DNA of 64,000 nucleotides from Tubiluchus corallicola (lineage: Eukaryota; Animalia; Priapulida). Location of the stretch: positions 620,001-684,000 of the forward strand of contig JAQGDQ010000003.1 of the NCBI GenBank assembly GCA_030141605.1, given 5' to 3'. How positions within the stretch are numbered: position 1 is the stretch's first letter; the number at the start of each line of letters is the position of its first letter. Made by a program: the position numbers and the translations under genes. Positions 41,408 to 55,248 of the stretch are shown in pieces. The notes under the pieces were generated by a model, which worked only from the letters and a program-made list of their open reading frames with translations, was not told where the DNA came from and made no database searches.

Positions 41408-44400
41408 CTCAGTATTACAAAATTTCAAAAAATTTGGTGACTTTTGTACTTTCTTTTCTACGTTTCACTTGACTGAAGAACAATGGCACATGGCGACAAA
41501 TGAAACACTGTGTATTTTAAGTTCCTTATAATGAGATTTTTTTCGTAAATGCCTCAATTCTCAATTAAGAATTACTTTCATGTTTTGAATGGTTAATTAC
41601 ATTAATTACAACCAAAGCTTACGAATTATCATTAAATTTTGAAGAGGATTCATTCAAGGCTCTGTTACAACTATAACAAATTATTTGTTATTAATTGCAA
41701 TGATTAAAAACAAGTAAAAAGCAAAAGCAATTTTATTTTATCAATTTTATGTATTTTTAATAAATAACAAATGTACTTACTTTTTGTACTTACATATACA
41801 TTAACGGGCAAAGTTTTAATGAATTTTTTAATTCATACAATGTGATACAAAACAAAACTATTTATAAAATAAAAATCACATGGCTATAATTATGTCAGCG
41901 TTATCACAAAAAGTTGCCGCATAGGTGTATTTACTTCCATAAAATTTGATTTAGTTTATGCAAACGATGCCATTTATTAATTTTAAAAATCTGACAAAAT
42001 TTCTGCATAATTATGTAATGCTTAAATTGCTAATCATGATTTGCAAGTATGACGAAAAATTCTTCTAAACATCCAATGCAAATTGCAACTGGCAAACAAC
42101 TTAACTTCAAAGATCAGAGACAAGGCCATTACATGCTTATAAATAAACTGTTAACTTTAGTTGTAAATGCCTGAGGCCAAGAGGTAAACTAGTTAACAGA
42201 CTAACGTTAGTTTCTTAGGAATGACAGATGAAATTTGGTCTCCTATGCTATTTCTTCTTGCAAAATGGATAGTAAAGAAATTATTGTGCAAATCCGTCTC
42301 TGAGTAGTCGAGAATAAAATGGAAAAGCATAATTATTTCCAGAGTAGATAATACCATAACATGATTTTATACATGGCAGTGTAATAAAGTACATATGACT
42401 TAGCAAGCTAAACGACGACGCTAAGCTGTTTCAGGCCAAACCCTATGGGTGTGATTATATGTATACTGTGTACATCTAAATACATTGTGAGTATTAAATA
42501 CAATTCTCCACTTTACAGTAAACTAAATACATTGTATTAAGTTTGTATTACTCTGCTATTAAAATAAATTATGACTGTATTGCTCTGCTATAAATTAATT
42601 CGTGCAACATAAATGCTAAAGAAAAAACAAAATTAGAACTTGCTTTTTATATTTAAAAATATCAATAAGTATCTAAGCTCATTTTTCAACTCACAGAGGT
42701 TTAACACAAGACATTTTGGTTATGAGTGTGCAATTAAGTACACGTAACAGCATTCTAATACTCAGCACAAATGAGGAAAAATCAGTTGATAATAACTTAA
42801 CTTGTCTGACAAAAAATTTTGCAATCAGTGAATGGTGTTTTACCAACTTTGTGGCATTTTTTATTAAATTTGCTTAATTTTGTGCCTCGGACAAACTCAT
42901 CGTATTCGGTATAATGATTTTGCATTAGACAAAACCATATCAAACATTAAAAGCAATTATTTAGTCAAGTATCCTATAATAAATGTTTGCAGCGGTTTGC
43001 CGGGTGTGGGCAAATTTTGTTTTACACGCTTTGCACTACACAGTTTGTTGCAGGCAGTTTTTTTGCCTTGTGCAACTAGTATTAGATCCATAATAAGCTG
43101 TTATGATTAAGTTTGAAAAAATTACTAATATTTAATAATAGTCTACATATTTAGCATTTACTGCTTATTAAGTCAGATGGCACATGATCATCTTCTGTAA
43201 GACTTAGTGCAAGTAATTATTATTATCCTCCTATAACCTTATATTCTATGGTATTTTATTGTGCTATTTCCTGATATATAATAATTTGAATAACCTGATG
43301 CTAAATCTTTGTAATTAGATTACTTCTTTGGCTAAAATAAAGTTCATAATGACACATATGTGTAGTGTGTACTAGTGCATAGTTATATCAAATTCAAGTA
43401 CATCATTACATATTAACGTTTCTTGTGCATAGGCCTGCCATCTGTAGACAAAGTGGAAAATTAATAAAGGCAAAAATTCATCTCCAGCATCTCAAGGGGA
43501 CTTAACAGATAAGAAGCATAAAACAACTTTACTTTTACAGTAAATGCCATGATTTTCAATATATATATTTGCAATTGTATGCTACAGAATTTTATTTGCA
43601 AGAAATTTGAGACTAAAATTATGATTTTAAACAAAGGACAAAAATAATTTAACTAAAAATTAATGTGATCCATCTCGATCTTAAACGATACAACCTACTT
43701 GAGAATTTCAAATTTGGGAACATTATGTATCTTTAGTAACCAGTTTTCAGGGGCAATAGAAGTTGTGCAGCCAGCAAAGCCACTGCAATCACTTTTTCTT
43801 AGAATTTGATTGTGGTTTCATATTTAGAAGAAAGTCGTTTTCCAAGAATTTATATCTTTACACATTTTTATAATCCTTCTTGTGTTGGCAAACTCAAAAT
43901 TTATTGCAAGCTAAATTCGGCCCTATTTGCAGTTAATCTCTTGGCTACTCAATGTCTGTCTCATAATTATTGCTGACATGTCACAAATGTCAAAAAGGCA
44001 GTATCCATCAGCAATAGTGGGCAAGACTAACTGATAGTGTACAATCAGTGAAGATTACAATGATATTAACTCAGCTTGTGAAAACTTTTATTTCTTACTA
44101 CTATATTACAAAAATCTGTAATATTATTTCTGCCAAAAACAGTTTTTAAGTAACTTTTTCTGTAACTGTAACTGTAGTAATTGGTTAGATGTATGGTTTT
44201 ATTGTAAAATTCGGGATGGCGTAATAAGCAATATTTCATCTGAATGATCACTAAATGTTCGATTTAAAAGTTGATTGTCAAAAAATTCTCCACATGTGGG
44301 AGGGCATTCCCTAACTAGGGGATTAACCTAGTTGCATGCCAATGGTTGTACCAGCTAAATTTTGTTTATGTCGCTTTTGATATTGTAACTAAATCCGTAC

Positions 44401-44634
44401 AAAATGTACCAAAGGACGTCTTTTAGAACATTATAACACTAATTTAGATAGGTAAATTTATAGTTTTGTTTTACTTCTTGTACGGTTACCTCTCAGCCTT
44501 CTCAGACGTTATAAATAAAAATGACAAATTTCATTTTGTTATGATGGGTTCAAAATGATGTATGGGTTAAGGAGTGGTCACTATAGGTAGTGTCACACGT
44601 GTGATTGCCTTAAATATTAAGAAAATATTATTTG

Positions 44635-47600
44635 TTATGAATTATCTTCTAATTCTTGGTTGTTAGAAATGTACGAATTAGGTTTACGTGCTATAAAAAA
44701 CACACAGTCATATGTATACTTCATCATTGAGGCAGGATTTTGAGCATAGCCTGTTGATATATGTTTCTGTTCCACCTGCAACATAGATGGTAAGAAAGTA
44801 CAAATCAAATTATGATCTTGAAGTATAAGTTATCATATTTATGGGTTCATAAGAAAATATTCTAAACTGTGAATAGCGACCACTTTTGGATCCGTGAGAT
44901 TAGACCAATTCAAGAGCAAAAATACTCGATGTTATTTTGGTAATTCTAACTAATTCTTTGCAAATGAAAGCACCTCTAGTGTGTGCAAAATTTAGATATG
45001 TGCACAAAAACTTGATATTCATTGCAGGTATGCAGGTGTCTAAAACTAAATAAAAATTAAGCAGCTATCATGATTAATTTTGCTTTGCTGCGATATCGGA
45101 TTACTAAAAATCTAAATAACCAAATTAATTATGTAATATTAACAAACATATACAGCTAGCAGCTTAACAGTGTACTGAATAAAAGCAGATGCTGTTGAAA
45201 GATTAATCAATAAATGAAAAAGACTCGTCTCTTTGTTGTGATTTGAGGACGACTAACAATATCCTGATCTAGAGATTAGTTAACATTAATTTTAAGATTT
45301 TTCTCTCTAGCTAATTAGCACCATCACATTTTTCAGGAGGTCCCCGAAAGAAAGAATACATGATCACTTTAGTGGCCTGCGACAAATTCCTCGCATGCCA
45401 ACTCAAATTCTTACACGATACTCTCCATGATGGATACTTCCTTGCTTCCTCATAGGAGAGGGACAGTCGTTGCAGGTAATTGCTAAAAGTTGTCACTCAT
45501 CACATAACACCTACACTGGACATTTTGACAAGTGTTGAAATCCTAGAAGGGGGTTATATAATATTTTTGTCAATGTTTGGTTGTCAATAGGTGAATTACC
45601 CCTATTTTGGACATGCTCTCTGGATAACCTTCGACCTTGACCATCACCTCGTCCCACAAGTTATTTCACACCAAAATTCTGAAGCCTAACCCAAGTGGTT
45701 CAGATATGGCTTAAACTCAAACTGTGGATTGTCGATGGACTATGGATGCTTAAAAGACTCCTCACCAGCAATAGCCGAAAACATGGACTGACGATTGTTT
45801 AAATTACCCTTAGTTTCGCATGCAAAAATCATCTTTTAAGGACAGTAAATCATCTTAGCATTTTCTAATGTAGTAAAATAGAAGATCAAACTTGATTTCA
45901 ATGGTATTGAAAAAAGTTCTTACCGTTATATCAAAGCCTATTTGTTTTACAACATGTCTGATGTCTTCATAACTAAGTTCCACTGACGATTCGCCCTCCA
46001 TGTCCGAGTAGTGATACAACAGTGGACCTAAAAAGACGATTAAAAAATTATCATGACCAAGACTATTCAATGACAGTGAATGTTTGTTCTAAAAGCAAAT
46101 GCCACAGTTGAGACTAAAGGATGAACTAGATTTTAACCACTTTTGACATCTCATAAATACAAATCCAGAAAAATATAATTGTAATTGAAATAATATATGG
46201 ATGTTCGTTTTGAAGCAAGGAAACATTTTTCAGCAAAAAATTACGCAAACAACAATCTCACAGCAGTTGCCCTGTATCTGGAAATGTCATGAAAAGCAGC
46301 AACAAAATGATAAACTGTCAAATATTTAATCATAAATGTAGCAAAAGACCCTTGATAAGCAAGAGAATCAGCCCTGGCTAAACAGACAGTGCAATTTTGC
46401 AATGTGCAAAGACAAATGGGTTATGGTAACAGGCTAAGTCACCAGTCCAAATCTAGCTGTATTACTCTAGGCATGGTCAGACAGTGTGCTTGCAAACCAA
46501 AACTGCTAATATGTCGGTATAGTTGAAACAATGTTATGATGATTCAAAGTAGAATGCATCAAAGACTGGGTTGAATACCAATTTTTTTTTCTACAAAAAC
46601 AAATGCTAAATACATTGAACTTTCATATCCTAGCATCAAATCGCCAGCAAAATATTTAAATATACTAAAAATCTAATTTTTATACCCCTTCCTTGCCAAA
46701 CTGCCTAAAAAAATTAGTACTGCAATTAGGAAAAACTCAAACTCAGATACTAGCTCGGTGGAAGCAGCTATTTTGCTTATATTTTTTTCAGTTATCAATC
46801 CCAGATCCTTGTCTGGAAGAGCCTTTCGCTGGATTTAAATGCAACTTCAATGTACTCTTACATCTGTTTGTAGGTTGGCAAGTATTTTCTAGAAACAGGA
46901 CAGCAACAATGGCATACCTTAACAATGATTTTCTCAAGATAATGTTTTTTATAAAGCAGCTTGCATCTCAACTTCAACATAGATTATCACAGCTTCGAAA
47001 TAAAGTAGAGAGATGAGCTTGATATCAAAATTATCCTCATGAAATGAAGATTCAAGGTATGTGAGTGTAACTACAAAAGCTTAACTGCCGATTTATGGAG
47101 TTTTCTGCAATGATGATACATGTAGTTAATTTACAAAAATTGCTTCAGAAATTGGATATCTTCAAGCAGAAGATAGGTCAAATCAATTTAAGAACATTTC
47201 TTAGCACAAAAAGTACTTCTAATAAGCAGTTGTTCACTGGAGAACTGTGCCAAATACAGTCAGAGTACTAGTATCTGTACATACTGCAAGCTTAAGAATG
47301 TATCTAGACAATCATTGGTAAACAGAAATAAAGTAGGGCCTACTGCAAAAACTTTCATAGCATCAGCAATAATTTCATACACATCAACCTAGTCTTCATA
47401 AACAAAGAGCAGCTTTTAGAAATAATCTACACAAATATATATTACCTTTACCAAATATATAAAAGCAGACTTACCCAAATTCATCCATAGGCCTCCGGGT
47501 TTTAATATATGCCAAATTTTTTCAATATATTCTATCACATTTCGAGCCGTGTCAAGGAAGAATACAGTTGCTATACAATGCCAAGCTTCTGAAAGCACAG

Positions 47601-50600
47601 AAAAAGTTTCGAGTATTTCTAAGTTTCTAGAACTAAACCTAACTGCTTTAAAAGATAACCGATTTGGTGATCTTTGCCAACCAATATTGCAATTTTGTAT
47701 GTACAGTGTTATATAATAAGGAACACATTTAATAAAAAACAAATAATAGCAAAAACAATTAATTAGTAATTACTCATATTTTGCCGGAAGTTGATAATTG
47801 CTGACAATGGTGACAATATTTAAGAGCCCACAATTTTTTTTCAAACATGCATACATAATTAAATATAGTTTTTATTTTTTTATTAAATAATAATCATTAA
47901 AAATTTAAGATTAAAATTTTGAAAAATATTTGATAAAAATTTAAAAAGTTGAACATTATACTGAACCTTTGTTTTATGTGAGGAATCAAGTTGATCAGAC
48001 AACGAAAAACAAAACCTTGTACAGCCTTCAATTTAGCAGCTGCAGCTCACTTTATCTCAGTGAAGTGACTATAAACACTTATGATGCGGAACATAGGAGA
48101 AAAGGGATTTTGTTTACATATTAAGCTGGTGAAAAGTTATACAAAAAAGTGACTGCATTTCCAAGGTATCAATAAACAAACAAGTAATCTGATTACTGGA
48201 CTTTAAAGCAAAGTAGTTACGTTACATTACATTATTAGTTATATACTTGAAAATGTGATAGTATTGCTCAATGTCTTAACATTACTCACATACCGAATAT
48301 CCATGGGTACAAACTGCATATTTTAACTATTTACCAGGCAAGGTATAAATTTCTAGAAAGTCACCGGCAGCCATTGAAAAATTGCTGTCTGGGGTAAGTG
48401 TGGATGGATTAACATCTGGAATAGTGACTGCTCTGACTTGGTCTTCTTTTGAAAGCCGATTGCAGTATTGTTGCACAAATGGGTGGATAGTAAATACATT
48501 CACATCTGAACATCTATATGTCAGAATATAAAAATTAAAAAAAATAATATGAAAGTGAATTCTTTGGCAGGAGAAATGCAAACTCTGCTAATGATGGTGT
48601 AAGTACCAATAAAACCAAAGTGAAAAAAAAGATGAGATAAAATGTTAAAAACCCTAGATACACTAATAGAATTCATGTAGTTAGTCATGTTAAGAGAAAA
48701 GCTATATACGTCATAGTTGTAAATAAGTCCCTGCTGAGGCAAATAGAAGTGCTTATATTAAGGCACTGCATTTTTAATTAATGTTTTGAATTGAACTACT
48801 GTTCAAGAAAAAATTACTGTGGAATTTGCCTAATGCCATTAAATTATTAATGCAAGCATATGACTTCATAACAATTTCTTGCTTTAAAAATTTATATTAC
48901 AGTCAGGAATAAACAATTCATTCTTGAAATACCTGTTGAGAATAAAATACGATGCAAAAAGCATAAATAAGCTCCATTCATTGCCCTGGCAAGTATAGCC
49001 TAGACTGGCAATTTCATACGCAAGCCTTCCTAAACCAGCACCCGGTACAAGAACAGATATATTACTCGGATCACTGAAATGAAAGAAAATGTTTGATGAA
49101 GAAAGGGGAAGATTAGGAATAGTGTGTGTTTGTGTAAAGATCAGGACAAGTAGGTTGTTTTAAAAGTCACAATTTTACTTATTTTACTTTTGACATAGCA
49201 AACTTTTTGTTAAACATGGGTCTTAATAAACCTGGCTTAGTGCCTGGATTTTCTATTAGAACACAGTCTTTTTTTCTTATAAGTTTGCCTGTTCTTTTTT
49301 CAATTTTTAGTAATTCTTTCTATTCGAATTGCTTTTTTAAGTCTACCGTTAACATCTTCTGATCACCAACTGCAGAAGAGTTTTTTAATTCCTGCACGCT
49401 ACTGCCAAAATTTAATTGCATCATTCATATTTTGTTAGGTCCAACACTAATGAAATAAAAACAACTTTTTATTCATTGTCTGCAACATAACATGTTATTA
49501 GATCATGATTTTAGACAAAGATGAAATAATTAAAATAACATGGTCCCATGAAAAAGACAAGTGTGCAGTTGCATTTTCCTTAATTTTACAAAAGAACTGT
49601 ACAAGTGTCTCAAAATATTGTTGGTAAAATCTGTTTCTCAAAGAACACTACAAGAATCTACAATAACATCTTACCATTCATTGGGAGGAAAATTTGCTAA
49701 TATGTTGTCAATAATGGGTTTGTAACATGTATTTCGTTCTTCGAGACCTTCTGAACTCCAGTCTCTAACAAACTGTTTCATAGTACTATGAACCTTCTCC
49801 ATGTCAAATGTACTAGCCAGAGGTTCCTTATCATAAACATCTTTCTCATTTGTCTACAAAGTTTAAATTAAATATTATTTGCATGAATAACTAATCAAAC
49901 AGTTGACAGCCTTTGTGAAAAGTAACTTACTGTAAAAACATCTAATGAAAGAATGAAACTTTAGGCAAAGAATAATTTTATTATTGACAAGTCAGTAAAG
50001 CTTCCACATGCTCTGGAATAATTTTTTTCAAGATCTCAGCTGACAGTTTAACTTGGGGTTTTGAAAGACAATTAACGTCAATGTTAGCCATCCTTAGGCA
50101 AGCTTTGTTGACTGCACAATCAGCCGTGCGATATTCTTGACACACCTGCAAAGCCTATGTATGGCTGTTCTTTCAAGACATTAGCTGCATCTTTGTATTG
50201 CTGGTATACATTATACTGTTATGAAAAATGCTCAACTTTTCATTAATTCGCTGGAGTGACACACGCCTGGTTCTAGATTTTATTGCAGACTATTGGTTGT
50301 CTGTATTGTCGATTGAAATTGTAAGTGAATTAATGGAAATACAATAGTCTAATTTTGTCTTTTATATAGGAAGAAATATACTATGCTTATGTTTATGAGT
50401 TGCGGATTAAATCGTTTTGCTATCAGTAAAATATGCAGATTAGTTTAATTTATGACTTGCAAGTTAGATAAAGACATCTAGTTGATTAACTTTAAAAAAA
50501 GAATAAATTAATCTAACGAGGTTAGGTCGATCATATGATGCTGCTTTAATGATCGCAAATGTCATAAATAGCCTACCTGAGGTGAGATGAAATTTATAAC

Positions 50601-52846
50601 TTCAAATTGAGTTAACAAGTATAAATGATTCAATCCTTCAAGGTTAAACTACATTTAAAAATTACAGCCTGAGCACCCAGATCTATGTAGGTTTGCACAG
50701 GTTATAGGAACGGCAATACATGCACATGCTTACAGGGTTTAAAAAATATTATCATAATCGAGTACTTTAAGTTTAAGTCAAAACCGTCTTTAATTGAAGT
50801 AGTCTGGAACTAATATAAAAATAAATTGCTTAATAGCCTAAGCCAATTCTGCAGTGTATTTTCCAAGTTAAGTGCACTTTTTTGTTCACACAACAATCTT
50901 GTATCTTTATACGAGGATACAAAGATCTAAATTTTGTTTCGTGATAACTAAGTGTGCTACGCAAAAAGTACAATGCCTTAACATAAAACAAAAATGACGC
51001 TTAACTCAAAAAAGACTAAGTAATGCAATAAGACTGAAAAAACTGTGCAAACATGGGTAAATACATAATTTTATGTACAATTGTGAATTGAAAACACAGA
51101 TGACAGACACAAGTGATGCACAAATGCACTTACCGAGAGTGACCAGTAGTCAACATTTTCAAACATGTGATCAACAGTGGCAATAATACATTTGATGATT
51201 TCGAAGTTACTGTCAATACACGCACGAACTTCCTTTAAATACTCTAGAAAGTTAGGAACAAGCCTCTGATGACGTTCGGGCATTCGTTTAAAATCTCGTT
51301 CAGTGCGAGCTATCTTCAAATATGAATGTTTTCTGTGAAATTAAAAATAAGTTTTCTTACTTGTATATACATATATAACAAAGGCTGGCAAAAAAGTTGG
51401 TAAAAATTTTCATTAACAGGGAGACATAGCCATGTGGAGCATATTAAGTTGATTGACATCTTGTTTAGGTAATCTTACATGTAACTAGTTAGAGAGTTTC
51501 TTGGGTCACATTAGTCATGTACTTGATGTTACGCAACCAGAATTCAGAATTAATGATTTGAGGGATTATTGAGGGACTTGGGAATCAAATATTTGATCAT
51601 ATTTTTGGCAGCAGGCATACATACAAGTAACAAACATTGGGATCAGTCCTGGTTAAGTAACTAGTATCTAGGCATATAAAACATAAATTCAGGAGTGGTG
51701 TCAGGAGAGAAAAGTAATCAGACATTATATACATGCTTCCGATCAAATCTTTGTGAATCACACATTTCGTATAAAAATCAGCAATGGCAAGTGCTTGATT
51801 AATAGTTCAGAAACCACTAAAGTAGACTAACGAGTTTTGATGATCAGTGACTCTGTCTAACAAACAAATAACCAAGTTAGAAAACATGTCCATATTTCAG
51901 CTCCAGAGAGAAGTGACAATATTTTAACATAAATGACATTTTCTGGATTCTGACTGAACAAAGAAGAATGGTACTATGCATTCTTAGGGGATACAATACT
52001 AGTAAATCTCAAACATTGTTATGAGAATATTCTTGTGGCATTGCCTAATTATAACGTGACAATACAGTTTTGCATTCCGTTAGCTCATTTGGCTACTCTG
52101 GGTCCTAAATAATATGTATTACAAGAAATGCGAAATCATGAGTTATGCAATCTTAGCCCTATTTAAAGGCATTGTTGGAACTAGGTTGTAATCAGAGTCA
52201 CTACAGTAATCACATTACTGGTTACTTATGGGCAATTAAAATTTAATACCTGTAAAAATCATATGTCACAAGGGTTCTACTTTTCAAAGCACATGAAACC
52301 TACGTACATCATGTATGTATACTAACATCATGTATGTATACTAAGTGTAATTATGAGTCAAAAGTTTGACTTTTTATGACTTTCAAACGAATAAACTTTC
52401 TTGAAGAAATATCTTCTAGCAACCAAAAAAGTAGTCCACAATGCAAAAGAATGCAGTGCTCCCCTAGACCCCTAGCTAATTTTTCTTTGGCCCACAGTTC
52501 TTCTAAACCCTGTATCTGCCCCTGTTCAGTATACAGTACTAGTAAGTATGAAAGCAAAAGCTCAAATTTGCTTTAAATTTAGTAATTACCAAGGAGACAG
52601 CCAATCTTTTTTTCAGACGCGGTTACTGTGATTTTAGAAAATGAGCATACCAAATAATTTGATCAATGCACTATTACACTAACGTCAGTCTTGATCTTGT
52701 AATATTTTTTCATTATCGTACATGAAATTTTGCTTGATTTTGTCTTACTTATAATAGTGAAAGGCATTCAGAACTCTGTAGAAATGTTCGCGCTCCTTTC
52801 TCTCTTCTTCTTCATCAAACAGTTTTGCTGTATCATCATTGTCCAT
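44635..52846 (-). CDS. CARNMT1: Carnosine N-methyltransferase (N2227-like SAM-dependent histidine methyltransferase), 384 aa
   Basis: Exons 5'->3': 52846-52749, 51332-51134, 49853-49675, 49073-48933, 48513-48335, 47588-47475, 46027-45924, 44775-44635 (TAA). Motifs [55 protein letters not shown] and NLGPLLYH. Confidence 0.97.
45600..45760. mobile_element. Remnant of a dispersed non-autonomous repeat of the 'tgaccttgacc' type
   Basis: accttcgaccttgacc...accaaaattctgaag...agtggttcagatat...gatggac resembles a repeat layout I recall as common in lophotrochozoan genomes; no termini recognisable. Confidence 0.35.
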
Positions 52847-54149
52847 AACCGTCCGGTCTCAGAATCTTGAGGATTCTGAAAATTGTTTTTACTTTTTAAT
52901 AGTATGGCAAATACGTAACAATCAGTAATGAAATGTGAAGCAATAACCAGATGTTAGTATTGCGGGTGAATGAGGTGATAATATTAGTATAATAAATGAA
53001 CATGTACATAATGAAATGATTAAGGCTTGACAAACAAAGCACTATTTTTACCAAAATTTGAATTATTTGATGCATTTCTTACTACTGTTTAGTACTAAAA
53101 GCAGCAAAATAATAAAACATCAGCATTTTTTGACTGTCAGCTGTTGTCTGCATAATATCTCCACAGTTCCATTTAACTCAGCCGTTTATAGAAAAGAAGT
53201 GTTGTAGTCTTTATCACATATTTATAAAATACGAATCAAAAGTTACAATCAGATGTTTCGTAATCATCGTATAACATAATCGATACTAGCTGCAAAACTA
53301 AGATTCTCAAAGCCAACATAAAAATGCCAAATTAACCATTTAACATTATCAAAAAAATGACTGTACTAGGTATGATCATAAAGGCATGATCATATGATCA
53401 TTTAATTTCAACTCAATTCAGTTTTATTTTCTCTGTATTAGTTGAAAAGATTTGTTTTCTTCTGAGAAGGAGCAGGGAAAACCTGCTGGTCACTTGATCA
53501 GCTGCCACTTTATTAAAAGTAAGCACATTTGGTGGTTTAACTTACATAAGTAGCAAAAATGACAAACAATTATTTTAATCAAATTCTAAATGAAGAGAAG
53601 TAAAATTACGTGATAATTATGAAGACTTGGTATAAGAGGTTACCATTCAGGTAAAAATAACACTATCGTGCGTGAACTTAAAACAAAAGCGAAAACAGTT
53701 ATCGCCAATGTGCAATGCATTTAGCAGATTAATAAACATATCTCATGTCAAATCAAAAGCTAGGATCATTTTAACAGTAAACACAAATAGCTTCTATAGC
53801 AAACGAAAAAGTAAACAGGAAAGGTGTAAAGCGCTAACAGAAGTAACAAAAAGCAGCGTTCCAACCAAAAAATAGGCACTGTCAGCATTTTGTGTATATA
53901 GCTTACATATATTGCAAAATAAGTACGAACGTACTGCATAACTGCATTAAGCAAAAGCAAACAAAAGACAACTCAAAGCAAACAAGAGCATAGCAACACC
54001 TTGATGAACGAGGTACTGCTATTTCAGTATGTTAGGTACGAGTCAAAACTATAAGGTGTAAAAATATAAGGTAAAGCAAAGTTGTTAGGTAAAATAAGAC
54101 AAATCAGAAAGTTAAGATGGAACAACCACGCAAGCTGTATTTTTTGTTA

Positions 54150-54660
54150 TGCAACGTAGTACGGAGCTGCAGCTTCTACCTTACATACAATCCCGTGTAC
54201 AAGCGGATCTTTTTTGGGTGCCCTTACGCAGCCTATAACAATTAAAACGGAATAAAAATTGGTACAAAATTACAAACGCACACGCAAGCAACATCTAAGG
54301 CAATAAGGAAGCTCTTCTGTTTAAGTAGCCGTGACAACACATATCTATGAGCAAACAAGTGTAATGTGGAGATATTGTGGACTTTCACACGCTCAATGTA
54401 CGGCAGGTGCGAGTCCGAGTTTTTTAATTCCAATTCGATACGAACCTAAAACTATAGATTCGAATATTTCAGTACACATACGTTCTTTGGCACTATGGAA
54501 TCCAGGTCCCACTCGATTTTCGTCGAGCGATTGCTTATTTCAATGGCGCATTGCGACGAACCGCGCTACTCTTACGATATGAATATTGATTAGCGCCTGA
54601 GTTTCGCCAGCGGCGGAATAAAAAATTGACATTTGACCCAAGTTTGATGCATACGATTGT
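54150..54660 (-). promoter_or_regulatory. Probable CARNMT1 promoter / non-coding first-exon region
   Basis: CpG-retaining segment between the PBDC1 3' end and the CARNMT1 ATG exon. That exon is preceded by a strong acceptor (ttttcag near 52876), and a candidate donor gtaagg lies near 54184. Confidence 0.45.
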
Positions 54661-55248
54661 ATAAAATGTATTTCAACCTGAATAAATAATTAAATTGCTG
54701 CAAGCAGTGTGATTTTTTCGAAGGAGTGTGTTTATGCTGATTTTTGAAATTTTTCACAACAATAATTATTATTATAACTAAGCACACCACAGTTAGATTT
54801 TAATTTCCGTAACATTTTGTACGTATCTTTAACATAATTTAGCTGTGCACAATTTTAAACAAATTATTTTTAAACAATTACTGCTGAACAAAATCTGGGT
54901 AATACGCATAATTTCTAAAGTATTTCACAAAATAGTAAGATTTAGCACTGAAATCTGCTAATAGACCAAAAACAACTTGGATATCAAGAATTTACAAAAG
55001 CTGAGAACAAACTTAATAACATTTCAGGGGCTGAAATTAACTGGCAAAAAAGGAGAGCTAGCCAGATCCAATTGCTCCTAGATCTTTTAATTCCGATCAA
55101 AATCTGCAATTTTTTTAGAAAACCGAATTGCCGGAACTCAAAGATAAAATCTAACGGTATTTATTTAGCAAAATATTTGTTAAAACAGAAATACAAACAT
55201 GATTGGAAATACAAACAAATTGCTTTTACATGGAAAATTACAAATAGG

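Noticed and set aside
45311-45496. 61-aa ORF as an alternative CARNMT1 terminal exon
   Set aside because: No recognisable homology, and nearby acceptors give early stops in the required phase.
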